This document shows, in pieces, positions 25,578-39,072 of a DNA stretch of 59,728 nt. Positions within the stretch are counted from its first letter, which is position 1. Every line of letters starts with the position of its first letter. The stretch spans positions 62,528,479 through 62,588,206 of the forward strand of contig NC_068989.1 of assembly GCF_001194135.2 (NCBI RefSeq), in the 5' to 3' direction. This DNA comes from Octopus bimaculoides. Lineage: Eukaryota. A program made the translations under genes and the position numbers. The notes below the pieces were generated by a model. The model was not told where the DNA came from. It made no database searches and saw only the letters and a program-made list of their open reading frames with translations.

Positions 25578-28534
25578 NNNNNNNNNNNNNNNNNNNNNNN
25601 NNNNNNNNNNNNNNNNNNNNNNNNNNNNNNNNNNNNNNNNNNNNNNNNNNNNNNNNNNNNNNNNNNNNNNNNNNNNNNNNNNNNNNNNNNNNNNNNNNNN
25701 NNNNNNNNNNNNNNNNNNNNNNNNNNNNNNNNNNNNNNNNNNNNNNNNNNNNNNNNNNNNNNNNNNNNNNNNNNNNNNNNNNNNNNNNNNNNNNNNNNNN
25801 NNNNNNNNNNNNNNNNNNNNNNNNNNNNNNNNNNNNNNNNNNNNNNNNNNNNNNNNNNNNNNNNNNNNNNNNNNNNNNNNNNNNNNNNNNNNNNNNNNNN
25901 NNNNNNNNNNNNNNNNNNNNNNNNNNNNNNNNNNNNNNNNNNNNNNNNNNNNNNNNNNNNNNNNNNNNNNNNNNNNNNNNNNNNNNNNNNNNNNNNNNNN
26001 NNNNNNNNNNNNNNNNNNNNNNNNNNNNNNNNNNNNNNNNNNNNNNNNNNNNNNNNNNNNNNNNNNNNNNNNNNNNNNNNNNNNNNNNNNNNNNNNNNNN
26101 NNNNNNNNNNNNNNNNNNNNNNNNNNNNNNNNNNNNNNNNNNNNNNNNNNNNNNNNNNNNNNNNNNNNNNNNNNNNNNNNNNNNNNNNNNNNNNNNNNNN
26201 NNNNNNNNNNNNNNNNNNNNNNNNNNNNNNNNNNNNNNNNNNNNNNNNNNNNNNNNNNNNNNNNNNNNNNNNNNNNNNNNNNNNNNNNNNNNNNNNNNNN
26301 NNNNNNNNNNNNNNNNNNNNNNNNNNNNNNNNNNNNNNNNNNNNNNNNNNNNNNNNNNNNNNNNNNNNNNNNNNNNNNNNNNNNNNNNNNNNNNNNNNNN
26401 NNNNNNNNNNNNNNNNNNNNNNNNNNNNNNNNNNNNNNNNNNNNNNNNNNNNNNNNNNNNNNNNNNNNNNNNNNNNNNNNNNNNNNNNNNNNNNNNNNNN
26501 NNNNNNNNNNNNNNNNNNNNNNNNNNNNNNNNNNNNNNNNNNNATATATATATATATATATATATATATACATTATGTATGTATGTATATACAAGTATAC
26601 ATATGCACATATGCACATATGCAAAAAAATCTCGTATTGAAAAGTATTAGGTACTTCATCGTTAGAAAGCAAAACAACTTTATATGCTTAATAACGTTTT
26701 CATCATTATGTGATTTATAACTTCATAGTGACCACTGGAGACCTGCATGTGCAAGGTGTAATATAATGATTTTGAATATATGATCTAAGGACCATAGTAG
26801 GAAAATCTTTATAAAGAGGTTAGCACCCAGTTTCTATGGTAACAAATACGCTTGATGAAATATTTCTCAGTAAAGTGTCAAATACATTATACTTGCCAAT
26901 GGCTGTCATTTTACTTGGTTATATTGAAAGTTTTAAGATGATTGGCACTAAGAGATAAAGAAAGATTTAAAATGAAAATGCTAAAAGCTATTTTCTGTGA
27001 AAGTGCCCCAATTATTAACGTTAGCAACCCCAGATAGAAAAACGAAGGAAGCAGAATATTATTATTAATTTCGCTCGAGAAATGAAAAAAAAAAATGTTT
27101 CCAATCCATTGCAGTGAAGTATGATGTATTAAAACGGCAACCAGGCAATACTCATTTCAGCAAGAATTATAAATTCTCCCAGAGAAATAGTTTTAAAAAA
27201 ATATAGTATTCTAGTAGTATAAATAAAATAAAATAAACCAATAATTTTAAATAATATCGTAAATGGAACAACTACAACTATATTTTTTATTTTTAAAAAA
27301 GTCTTAGAAGTGAAACATTATAAATTGAAATTCAGGTTTCATGTTTGTAACACAATAAATAAATATCATGAGAATACAAATGAAATAGCAAAATCTTTGC
27401 ACATTTCCTTTGTTAAGGTGATATTTTTACGAAGTTTCAACCAAAAGTAATTCAAACTTGGTCATTGATATATGAAATGCGTTCGAATTTTTCCCACGTT
27501 CATAGAGTGAGACTATTTATATCGAAACGTTTACTCTTGTTCTTCTGGCAGCCAAATAATATCTTATCAGAAGCAACCTGTCGCCGTCATTGAGTTCAGG
27601 AAGGAGGTAGGGATCACGCAGTCTGACACCCGTTGAAACCTGCTGGTTGTTTAATAAAAGAGCACTATTAACCAAGATCCACTGAATCGAGAATTTCAAC
27701 GAAGAGAGAAACTAACACTGAGAACGAAATACGCAATGGGACACTGAATTGGACCAATACCACAGGAATCCGGTCAACGGAGGAAAGTATTCAGAATAGA
27801 CAAGTATACAGCACTATCCTAGAATCATTTGTAAGACAGATTTTTCCGAGAACCAGTTGATGATTCAGAAAGGCTAAAATTATTTGTGAAACAAAAAGTA
27901 CAAAAGGGAAAACTGAAATTTATGATAGACAATTCCTATGTTGGGTTAAGAGATGACGGAATAGCATCGCTTGTTGAGTAGTGTCCTTGTGTAGAAGAGT
28001 TTCTTACTGATATTTGCAGTTTCAACGACTTGTGCCAGTTAATATAGAAGATGCACTTGCACTTGCATTAGTTTCAGTATGCAACATATTAAATCTGTTA
28101 ATGTATCTGTTGTCGTTGCTGTTGCCTTTGTTATCTAGTTTAAATCAGCTGTGATCCTTCAAAATTCTCGCATGGCTGAGATATCATTGATAATCTCACA
28201 TTGCTACTTCATTTTCCTGGTTCCCTTACTGAGAAACGGTGATTAGCCTGTTAGTAATTTCTAACAAATGTTCCCATTTTTCCTATCAAATGCGTTTTAA
28301 TCTAAGAAAACAACATAAATACGGTTCTGAATGAAGCACTTTTCTGAATGAAGCATCGTCTTCCCATTTGTAATGTGCCTAGAACTATATTCTCTAATGT
28401 TAAATCTCTTCATTATGAAGAGTCGTTTATTTTTAATACTTGTTTTCTTGTTTCTATTTATACGCAATGTAATATTCATCACTCTTTCTCCCTCTTTCTC
28501 ACTGTGTCTCACTCTCACCTCTCATTTTCTCTCC

Positions 28535-28556
28535 CTTTCTCTCTCTCTCTCTCTCC

Positions 28557-28603
<47 letters not shown>
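28535..28603. repeat. (CT)n microsatellite
   Basis: Directly visible. Confidence 0.95.
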
Positions 28604-28606
<3 letters not shown>

Positions 28607-29511
28607 ACTATGAAAATAGCTAGCGGTAGTTGCAGTTGATTATCTACAGAAATACTCGGAGTTTACATCACTAATACAGCCATTGTCGTTTGTATATCTA
28701 ATGACTACAACTGGTATAGTGTTTGAACGATTTCGATAATTTTCTATCACCTTAATTACACACTTAACCATGCTAATTAAGAGGATATACTTTTTCATAC
28801 GATATAAAAATCAGTGCATTTTCCAATATAGTCAAAAATCTCATCTTACCTTTGCAAAATATCACACTCATTTTAGAAACAATACTTATCGTAAATAACA
28901 TTGCCAACATTAAGCAAAAATAAACCCCGAGTATTAACGTTTAGACATCTACATTAGTGGCAATACCATTCAAATTAGTCTTGTCAAATGTAAAATCACA
29001 TCACGTGATGTAACAAATAGTGTGTTGGTCTAGGAAAGCAAATGATAAAAGTGAAAATAATGTCGAATTAAACTGTAACAGATCCGAAAAATATTAAAAA
29101 TATATAAGATGTAATTATAGCTCACAGTCATGCACACGAATACGATAGAGAATCGCTTTTATCATTAGATGAAGTAGAATTATGTCTATTAAGATACTCG
29201 GTTGGCGGTCCCTCATTGGCTGCTGTTTGCAAATTTATATGTGCTTTTCGCTATGGCTGACGTTGAATTTAATATTGAATGCTGGACATCCATTCCCCAA
29301 TTTAATCATTTAAATGTATTTCGCCACAGGGTCAATAACAATAATAATTAAAATAACATATAAATATATATTCATATGTACATGCACATATATTTGTATA
29401 AATGTGCTATACCGCACAAAGACACACGTACACATTCAAAAACACTCACACATATACATACACGCAAGCATACATACGTGCATACATACATACATGCATG
29501 CATACGTACGT

Positions 29512-29572
<61 letters not shown>

Positions 29573-29587
29573 NNNNNNNNNNNNNNN

Positions 29588-29631
<44 letters not shown>

Positions 29632-32600
29632 CAAATTTATAGTGGACAAATCATTTTGAAGTATGACTATCTGTTAAATAGCTGGCCACATTTAATTTCC
29701 GACTCTTCCGGGTTTGGAGTTTGTAATGCAAAAATCGACTGTGCTAATCTGAAATCAGATTACCCAATAATTAGGACCACTGAAATTCATTAAGTTTACA
29801 TAAAATCGGATTATATTTAATAAACTTTGTAGTACTTAACAAAACGCGCTATATGAAGTGACATGTTAAGTAATATAAAACTAAGAAGGATTAATTGTTT
29901 AAGAATGTTGAGCTGGGAATAGGTAATAAAAGGCAGGTTAAAATGCCATGATGTAATGTTTACTTAAGCATTAAATGAAGTGATAACATTAAGAGGTTAA
30001 ATAGATTTCCACACATGCTACGTCACGTGACCCTTGTTTCCTATAAATTTATTCTCTTATTGTGAGCTTAAATTAGTGATGTTTATACTAGGCATCTCTG
30101 CTGAGCAATATTTTAACAATTTTGTTTAGAGTCTTTAAAGATTACGAATTTGAAGGTAAAAGGTGAAGAAATCACTTTCGAATAGTAGATTCAATATAGA
30201 TTAGGTTCTAGCCAATACGTTGTAATCTACTTACAAATCAGTAACGATTTCTGGGTTCATTGTATCGGACCTCACGTGTTAAAAGTGAAAAAGTAATTAA
30301 ATTGTTGGTAAATCAGAACACATTTAAGTCTATATTGTCGTTTTTTTATCACATGATTTTATGTGATATTAAGTATTGCGGTCTTTCTTCGTATAGCCTT
30401 ACCTTTATTAGAAACATAGCAAAACCTTTTTCGAATATATAACCGATAAAATATTATTTGATTGGATAATTATATCTAATTGGGAAAATATTGTAAATTT
30501 CAAGAGAGTGCATAGAAGATGGATTATGTTGTCCTTGCAATACGAGAAAGAGAACTTGAAGTGAACCGCTGCTCTACTTGAACTTGGAAATGTACGCGAA
30601 TTTGAAGCAAGCAATTTGAAGCAAGTAATCCAGTAATTTTTGAAACATCATTTTTATGTAGCTTATCTTCTGAATCTTACTGCTGTATGTTATAATAAAG
30701 TATGATATATATATTTACCGAACGTCACATATGTTGTCTATTTAGAACTATAATCTGTGGATACCGAAGTTTATTGTCTGCATCTCCTTGGGGCATACTA
30801 TTTATAGTTTTTCCAACAATCTCTGTAAAGTTATATTTGCTGAATTGTTTGATTCTGCTTTCTAATATATTACTTAGGTTCTTTGAAATCAGTAGGGAAA
30901 CTGCAGACTTACATTTCAGACTCAAACAATGTACATAAGTGTCGGAAATAGAAACAATAAAGGTGGCACAAGTGAGGGGGAAATCACCATGAATAATTGT
31001 TTTAGAAAAGTTCCTAGGAGAATGGTTTAAGAGATTGCAAAGGTAGGGTTTGGTAAAATACTCCCAAACTCTATATTCCGAATGAAGGTGAGAGAATAAT
31101 TCATAAATATGAAGATGGTATGTACGTAGGCATTTTTAAAATATATAATTCTTAATATTTTGTTATGATGCCTGTAGTTGATGTGAGACTCCCATCCCCT
31201 TTGTTCTATACATTAATAAAATATAGGCATTTTAAAAGATGATAGTTGACATACTTTTCAGCAATAGTATCATTCTAAAACGTGACTGTTTTCAAATTGA
31301 AAAAAAATGTATAGAACTGTTGTCAAATGATAAATGGATTTGCTTAAGTGATATTTGGCTAAAAGATATCGAATTAAGCATTTTACCTTTTATTTGTTTG
31401 TGAATCTAATATACATTGCTGTAATTTAACATGCAGGATTTCTTTATACAACCTAAGAACTGTTTCACATATGTGTTAACAGTAAAATATTACCAAGATT
31501 ATTTCTTTTTAGAACTGTTCGTTGGTAAACAATTATTTATTTTATCATGCAACACTTTTATTTCTATGTGATTTCAGGTACTTCAAATGAGGCTTGGGTA
31601 TTCATACGTTTATCGAATATATTAGAATGTTAAATGAATATCTCATCGGATTTGCACTTATAGATGATTTCATTTCATCTTAGATCGTGTGTTGAAAAGC
31701 TACTGTTTTAGTTATTTAACAACACACCTAACTGTTATTTTCACTTTATATTTAATTTTTCGATCTCGATTTTTCATCGAATATCAACAGCCTTTTCACT
31801 AACACAGTAGCATTGTACTTCAAAAACTGAATGAAGAAAGAAATTATAAGATTTTGTATACATTTTTACATACATACATAAAATGGATATTTCACAATTC
31901 TCATTGATATATTTGCTTTCATTCACAGATGTGGTGATATATTTAATTTAGTATTCAGTAATACAATAGCAAATTTCGCTGCAGTTCAACGAAAGGCAAT
32001 CTAACCAAGAATATGTCGTATAGTATATAAGGGTATGTTATGTATTATGCCATATGTCTTCTGCAGAAGGTAGAATATGTGTTGAAGGAGTTATGTCTAC
32101 TGTCCTCTCTAGTATTTCAGGTAACAATACAAATTTGCGTATTCCTCTCTATTGAAGGAAGATGCGAAATAAACTACTGATACTTGCACAATTTGCATTT
32201 CAATAGCGCTACAGCTGATAACTGATTCAATACTTGGATTAATTAAGATACACTAAAATTTAGTTGGGCAATCAGATCATCATTATTTCCAATAAAACGC
32301 GATTAAGAATTAAAAGCGGCAACTCAATATAATAAAATTGCAATTCCTTACATATTCGCATGAAATGCCGATCAAAATTCAGTCCCTGTCCTTCAGTATA
32401 GATAAACTAAGAATATATGGATAATACAACTGGCAAAAGTGTGAAATGTTGTTCTTGATCATGTAATATGTTGTACTTGATCATGTGACTACAATTAACT
32501 ACGAATGCGTCATTGACAATTTCGACCATATCTGACATTGAAATTTGAGAGCTAAACTGCCGGCCTAAGCACACTAATCTGCATCTCGCTTTTTGAATAG

Positions 32601-33016
32601 AACAGTTGCCCTTAGGACGCAAAAAATTCAGCATTCGTAGATGCACGTCTCTATTAGCCATATTCGCTCAACAATGTGTTTTCATCGCTGTTCAGTTATA
32701 AGTCTACTCATTCTTCTAGATGCACAACAAATATGTACCTTTTGTCACCTACAGCAAAATCAACACCTTACATAGTAACGCTTCACATCTCTTCAGTTCT
32801 CTGCATAATCATTAACTACCTAGAAACTTACTTCACGCCAAAGTAGCCTCGTGTCTCGGAACAGACATCGTAATTATCGAATGACGTCATATTGATTTTT
32901 CTCTATCATTATTACATATGTATTACCGCCTACTCTCTCAATCGTACCGAAAAATATACATACACATAAATAGAAAGACAGACACGCACACACACACATG
33001 CACACACGTATATATG

Positions 33017-33047
<31 letters not shown>

Positions 33048-33501
33048 TATATATCACAGAATCGCAGTTGTAGTCTGTCTACATTTACATGCAACATACC
33101 AATGATTCGCTACAAATTTTGTGAACTATCCACACTGGATCAAATCTCCTACGTCTTGGAGAGTCTCACTGATTCACACGAACCAGCTATAGCTCATTAA
33201 ATTTGGCATAAGTCCTCATTCCAACAGAACTTGAGTTTCAGCTTAACAACTACTGCTTCCTCACTCTTGCACTTTATCTGAAAATACTGTGGAGTCTGCT
33301 TCTGAGAGCGACGGTGCCTGTTCGAAGGATCAATGGCGTCTGCTCGTATCATTCGCTATTCCTGCTACTAAAAAAAATACACACAGGTTGTTTCATTGTC
33401 AGCGCTATGTGTACACCCCTAGATCCAATACTGAGCACTATTTGTAGAGCAATCTTGGGTTGAAATTCTTTCCCAGTTCATATTGCTCTTGCAGACGTTC
33501 G

Positions 33502-33673
33502 TTTGCAATTATTCAAGAAGTCTAATAATTAATTTGCTGGACTTGTAGGTAAAAACATTATTAAAATGCCAAAGACCCACCCATTTCTTTGCAATTGTTC
33601 AAGAAGTCTAATAATTAATTTGCTGGACTTGTGGGTAAAAACATTATGAAAATGCCAAAGACCCACCCATTTC
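33502..33673. repeat. 86-bp direct tandem duplication (2 copies)
   Basis: tttgcaatt.ttcaagaagtctaataattaatttgctggacttgt.ggtaaaaacattat.aaaatgccaaagacccacccatttc occurs twice with 3 differences. Confidence 0.95.
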
Positions 33674-34602
33674 TATCATATCAAACTCCTATGAATATGT
33701 AACCATAAAAAGAAAGAAAATACATGAAATTGCTCATGTTAGGTAAAACTTTCTTTAACGAATAAATTAGTTATGCGAAGGTGTTATATGTTACAGATTT
33801 GTAATGCATATTAACGTTAATTGGGGGATAGTTAGATAAGTTATTTCAAAACAGATACAGAGAAGCGCGTTGAATTAAGTTTCCAAGGAAGTTTCAGAAA
33901 CAGTGGAACCGCAATTTTAGAAAGATGTTTCAGTCATTCGCGACGGAAACAACCCTGACGTTCTAATGCTAACTACGGAAAGCATAATGATATAGTTTAA
34001 TGAAAACTAGTTAGATTTCTAATTACTGGTGTTAATTACATATATGTTGTATTGGAACAAAGCCCTAAGGTTGGACGTAGTATTGATAAATAAAATTACA
34101 GCAATAAATAACACGTATATATATATCTTATAGATAAATACATAACAACTTCGACACTGTAATTTGAGCATAGGACATATAATAATTTCCAAATTGAATT
34201 CTGTGAATTACGATAGATACATGATTATTATGACCATTGCCCCGAGATACTAAAATGAGAAGATTAAGTACATAAATATGTTGTTTACATTGAGAACGTA
34301 AATAATTTAAAGAATATATTTATGCGTTTAATGATACAAGGTCACGAGTAAAATCTCCAGCCATTAAAATATATGAGATAAATACCCTACGGAACAAGCA
34401 CTTATCCCTGAAAACTATATATCTGAGTATAGGTGTATTAACACAGAATGAAAATCTAAAGTTATTCTTTTATCCATTATCGATTCAATTATATTTTTAT
34501 TCACGGAAACAAGCGTGCATACATAGATACATACACATATACATACATACATACATACATACATACACACCACATATACACGTTAATATTTTTTTACTAA
34601 CC

Positions 34603-34786
34603 AAGGTAGTGAGCAGGCAAAATCGTTAGCACTTAGCTATAGTTCGTCCATCTTTACGTTCTGAGTTCAAATTCTGCCGAGTTCAGCCTGTCCTTTTTAT
34701 CATTTTGGTGCCGATAAAATAAGTCGATGTAATCGACTGACCCTTCCTCCGAATTTGCTGGCCGTGTGCCAAACTTTGAAATCAAT
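34603..34786 (+). mobile_element. tRNA-like SINE family A, copy 2
   Basis: aaggtagtgagcaggcaaaatcgttagcac...gttctgagttcaaattctgccgag...gtcgatgtaatcgac...tttgaaatca; aligns with 11246-11460. Confidence 0.85.
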
Positions 34787-36382
34787 ATTTGATTAATAAC
34801 CATACTACTGCATTAATATACTTGAGAACATATGTTAGAAATTAGTGTTCGTATTATTCATAAGATGTAATGCTGCATGGAATTTTGATTGTCATTCACA
34901 CAGTAAACGGCATCAGCCTACATTTTAATTAAATGATGATTTTGTGAATAGTGTTTCGAGTCGGCATTAATATACACGACTTTTTGAAATGAAAGAAAAA
35001 TATTATTTTGATGAGCCATTATTATATTTGCTAGAAAAAAGAAACAAATTAATCTCTTTTCGGTTCCAGTGAAAATCTTGAAGTATCTCTCGCTGAATGG
35101 AACTCAAGTTACATGATATTTGGAAGAATAATGCGTGGTTATGACGAGCATGTCTTTGAGCCTGTTTAATCAGGAACAGCCTCGATTCAACAACTTGGAT
35201 ACGAATATGTAGGCTTACATAACATATGTTCTCGAAATATTGTATTATAGTAATGTTAATTAGTTAAAGACCTATAATAAGGCCTATTGTTAAATTGAGT
35301 GGGGAATAAGTTAAAACCTACGACAGGCTTTTTGTACTCAATCGACAATATTATACAGCAGTAAGATCTTTATAAAAATATGTACCAACAACGCTGTTTC
35401 ACACCAATTATATAGGATACATGTCTAAGGAAACCACAACAATCTTCTACGAATAGTATTCTTCTGACAGACTGGAGTCAGTTACGATATATTATTTACA
35501 TTTTTGAATGATCAAGAAATCAAAAGATATTTTGAATACGTCACAGAATTTACTCAACAAATGTTTATGAATATTAGCACAACTATGTATAACAAAGCTT
35601 CAGAAGTGTTACTAACGTTTGTTATTAGAGTAATAAATTTTTGAATGGCAATATAAAAAATTTAGCAACCTATATTATGATGGAATTTATTAAATGCTTT
35701 GACGTTGTTTAATTCTCGAACAAGCATGCACACATGCACAACCACATGTTCATAGGTCTGTAGTATGTATAATTTATATTCTTACATACATCCATATGTG
35801 TCTATACATACATATATGTACATATATGTATGTATAGACATGCATACATACATACATACATACATACATACATACAGAGAGACAAAGATATATATGGAGG
35901 GACATTACATATATATAGAAAGACATATATATTTATAGAGAGAGAGAGAGAGAGATAGTAAGAATGAAAGAAAGAGAGGGAGAAAGAAGAAGCACACCTA
36001 TATACACAAATACCGCTCTTGGTCTGATAAAAACTAAATAATGTAAGCAATAAATAAAACAGTCTGGGGCGACAACCTCGGGGGAAATTAGTTAATATTG
36101 TCTGTGACAAGTTTATTATTACTAATACTATTATGATTTTTATTAGTAGTAGCATCAGTAGGTGTATTAGAAATAGTGTTTTTAGTTTCAATTTTTGTCA
36201 TCATTACTATTAACCATAATAAATCAATGTATTTTTCACACGAACAGCACAAATGTATGTGTGTGCTTATTGATTATTAAATTTCAGCTTTTCAATACAA
36301 CATATGTTATGCCCCTGAGTGATATATAACATCTACTTTCCGTGTATACTCAAGAAACAAAGCCATATGATCATTTTCCGTG

Positions 36383-36446
<64 letters not shown>

Positions 36447-36609
36447 NNNNNNNNNNNNNNNNNNNNNNNNNNNNNNNNNNNNNNNNNNNNNNNNNNNNNN
36501 NNNNNNNNNNNNNNNNNNNNNNNNNNNNNNNNNNNNNNNNNNNNNNNNNNNNNNNNNNNNNNNNNNNNNNNNNNNNNNNNNNNNNNNNNNNNNNNNNNNN
36601 NNNNNNNNN

Positions 36610-36647
<38 letters not shown>

Positions 36648-36694
36648 CACAAATATATGTGTGTGTGTGTGTGTGTGTGTGTTGTGTGTGTGTA

Positions 36695-37596
36695 CCAGAT
36701 GATAACACAAAAATCCCGTACTGCTTCGGCAGCGCGCCAACGGTCTACAGCTCACGGTTGCGTACGTTGTGAGAGCTAGAAGTTACCTGCATGGCGCAGT
36801 GTTCAGAGTGACATTGCTGTGTTTACTTCGCAAGTTGTGAAATTTGTGATTATGTGATCATGTTTAGGCTGTAGTCTACGATTTTCATGAGTAGGGAAAA
36901 AAGAGCCAACGTGCAATTTTGTGCTAAACTAGCGAAGTCTGCTACAGAGACATTAAACATGATTCAGCAAGCTTAGGGCGACGAGGCAATGGGTCGTGCA
37001 CTATATTTGAAGTGATACAGGTGACGAGCGTTGTGGAAGACCTGCCATGAGCATCACCCTCGGAAATGTAGTAACGTGCATCGACAATTCGTCTCTCAGG
37101 ATCAGACCGTCATTCCAGCGATCTATTGCGACGTTTCCAAGCGTTTCATAGAGGATATTCGGTGAAAGCAACCTGATCTGTGCAGCACGAAGAATTGGAT
37201 TCTTCATGACGACAATGCACCCTGTCAACAGGCTGACATTACTCGTGGGTTTTTCACTGAAAACAACTTGTTATCGCTGCCGCCCCGCCCTTTTTCCAAA
37301 TTTGAAAGCTTTCTGCTCTTCCCCAATGTCAATATGCAGCTGAGTGGCAGACATGTTAAGACCGTTGTCAAGCTTCACGGCGAATCGCAGAAGGTGCACG
37401 ATTCGTTTACTTAAAACGATATTCAGGCTAGATTACAAAAGTGGCAGGAACGCTGGGACCGGTATATTGCTGTATTTCTCTGATTAGTACTTACTGCATT
37501 ACTGTGACGATTTCGAAGGAGATTGTGCTAAAACTTAGGTAAATAAGTTATATTTATTAAACATAACTAGTGCGAGAACCTCTTTATACCACCTCG
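36695..37596 (+). mobile_element. Internally deleted mariner element with both termini and TA flanks
   Basis: Translation: MSREKRANVQFCAKLAKSATETLNMIQQA*GDEAMGR (HTH), ERCGRP, then VHRQFVSQDQTV...YCDV...KQPDL..KNWILHDDNAPC...KWQERWDRYI..FEGD. The right TIR ctctttataccacctcg|ta is clear; the left TIR ta|ccagatgataacacaaaaatcccgtact is degenerate. Confidence 0.9.
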
Positions 37597-37634
37597 TATA
37601 ATGTAGGTTGACAGAGAGATCGGTAAGCAGGTTA

Positions 37635-37650
37635 AGATAGATAGATAGAC

Positions 37651-37714
<64 letters not shown>
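37635..37714. repeat. (GATA)n microsatellite
   Basis: Directly visible. Confidence 0.95.
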
Positions 37715-37716
<2 letters not shown>

Positions 37717-38808
37717 GCAAATAAGTATTTGCATTTATACGTATCACCATTCTTGTGTCACTGGCATTATAAAAGTCTAAAACTAAATAGAAAATCCCCA
37801 GTTTCGAAATTGATGTCGAATCTCGACAGGGATCTTGAGTGGAGAGAGAAAGAGCGATAGAGTTGCAAAATTCGACGTAAACGGACATAGCAACCACAAA
37901 ACATGTTGCAATCATAACTTAGGAAGTCGTTTTCTCTAATATATGAATGGATGCTTGATCCATCAGTTGTAACCGTCTAAAACCGAGTCACTCCTTCTAC
38001 TTTGAAACACCACGCCGAAACTCGTTTGCATTCAAAGAGAAGGATATAAACATAAAGTAATGTGTAGGGTGATATACTAGCTCAAGTATTTAGAAATGCT
38101 AATAATGAGGTTATTTATTGCCATATTATATGGCAATATTCCTCTCGAGGTTAAACTCTCACGGACATTTTCAAGGGTCGATATATTGCCATGTTATATT
38201 ACAATTCTCTCCGAAACCGATAATAGGATTCCCTAGGTAGGTCTGCTGATACACCTCCTTATCCCTTATACGGGTCAGATATTATTGTCATCGTTTTCAT
38301 ATTTACTTTGCCACATTCTTCATATCAATTTGTGTGTTGAAACAAATTTTGTTGGAAGAGTTATTACGCCAATAATAATAACACAGGTAGAGGTTCAATT
38401 CCACTTCTTTATCATTAATGAACTGGATAAAAATTTATCCAGCTAATAATCGATAGTTTTAACTTGTTGCTTCAACAGTCAATCCCGTTTTAATTGTTGT
38501 ATGTTGGTGTTGTTGTTGTTTTGTTATATTTTTCGTCAAATTTCTTTTGTTGCCATTTGCAACCCTTCCAGTGACGGTGACTTTCCCACATATTTCGAAG
38601 TCTTTATGCTTATGGCAGTGTATAACATACATATATATATCAGAAAATATATTGAAACACATGAAAGTATAAAGACTGAAGCTACAAGTAATACGAATAT
38701 GGGCCTCTACGTCAAAACTCTGTGGACGTTGCAAATTACAAACAGCTATCTTATATTATTTACATTATTTACATTTGACGGATATTTGACCTCACCTTGT
38801 TTGTTGTT

Positions 38809-38854
38809 AACACAACGTTTCGACTGTTATACTCTCCAGCCTTCATCAGGTGTC
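38809..38854 (-). ncRNA. Minimal type I hammerhead ribozyme motif with intact core
   Basis: The minus strand reads GACAC CUGAUGA A GGCUG gagaguauaa CAGUC GAAAC GUU GUGUU: helix I GACAC/GUGUU, conserved CUGAUGA and GAAA, helix II GGCUG/CAGUC, palindromic AACGUU helix III and a GUU cleavage triplet. Confidence 0.75.
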
Positions 38855-38890
38855 TTAAGGAAATTTCGAACCTGGGTTCTCATTCCTAAG

Positions 38891-38968
<78 letters not shown>

Positions 38969-39026
38969 CAACAACAACATCGAAAAATACCTTAGTATTG
39001 AGAACCCAGGTTCGAAATTTCCCCAA

Positions 39027-39072
39027 GGCACATGATGAAAGCTGGAGGGTGTATCAGCCGAAACGTTATGTT
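39027..39072 (+). ncRNA. Minimal type I hammerhead motif, degenerate (C3->A, helix mismatches)
   Basis: GGCAC AUGAUGA A AGCUG gaggguguau CAGCC GAAAC GUU AUGUU. Confidence 0.5.
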
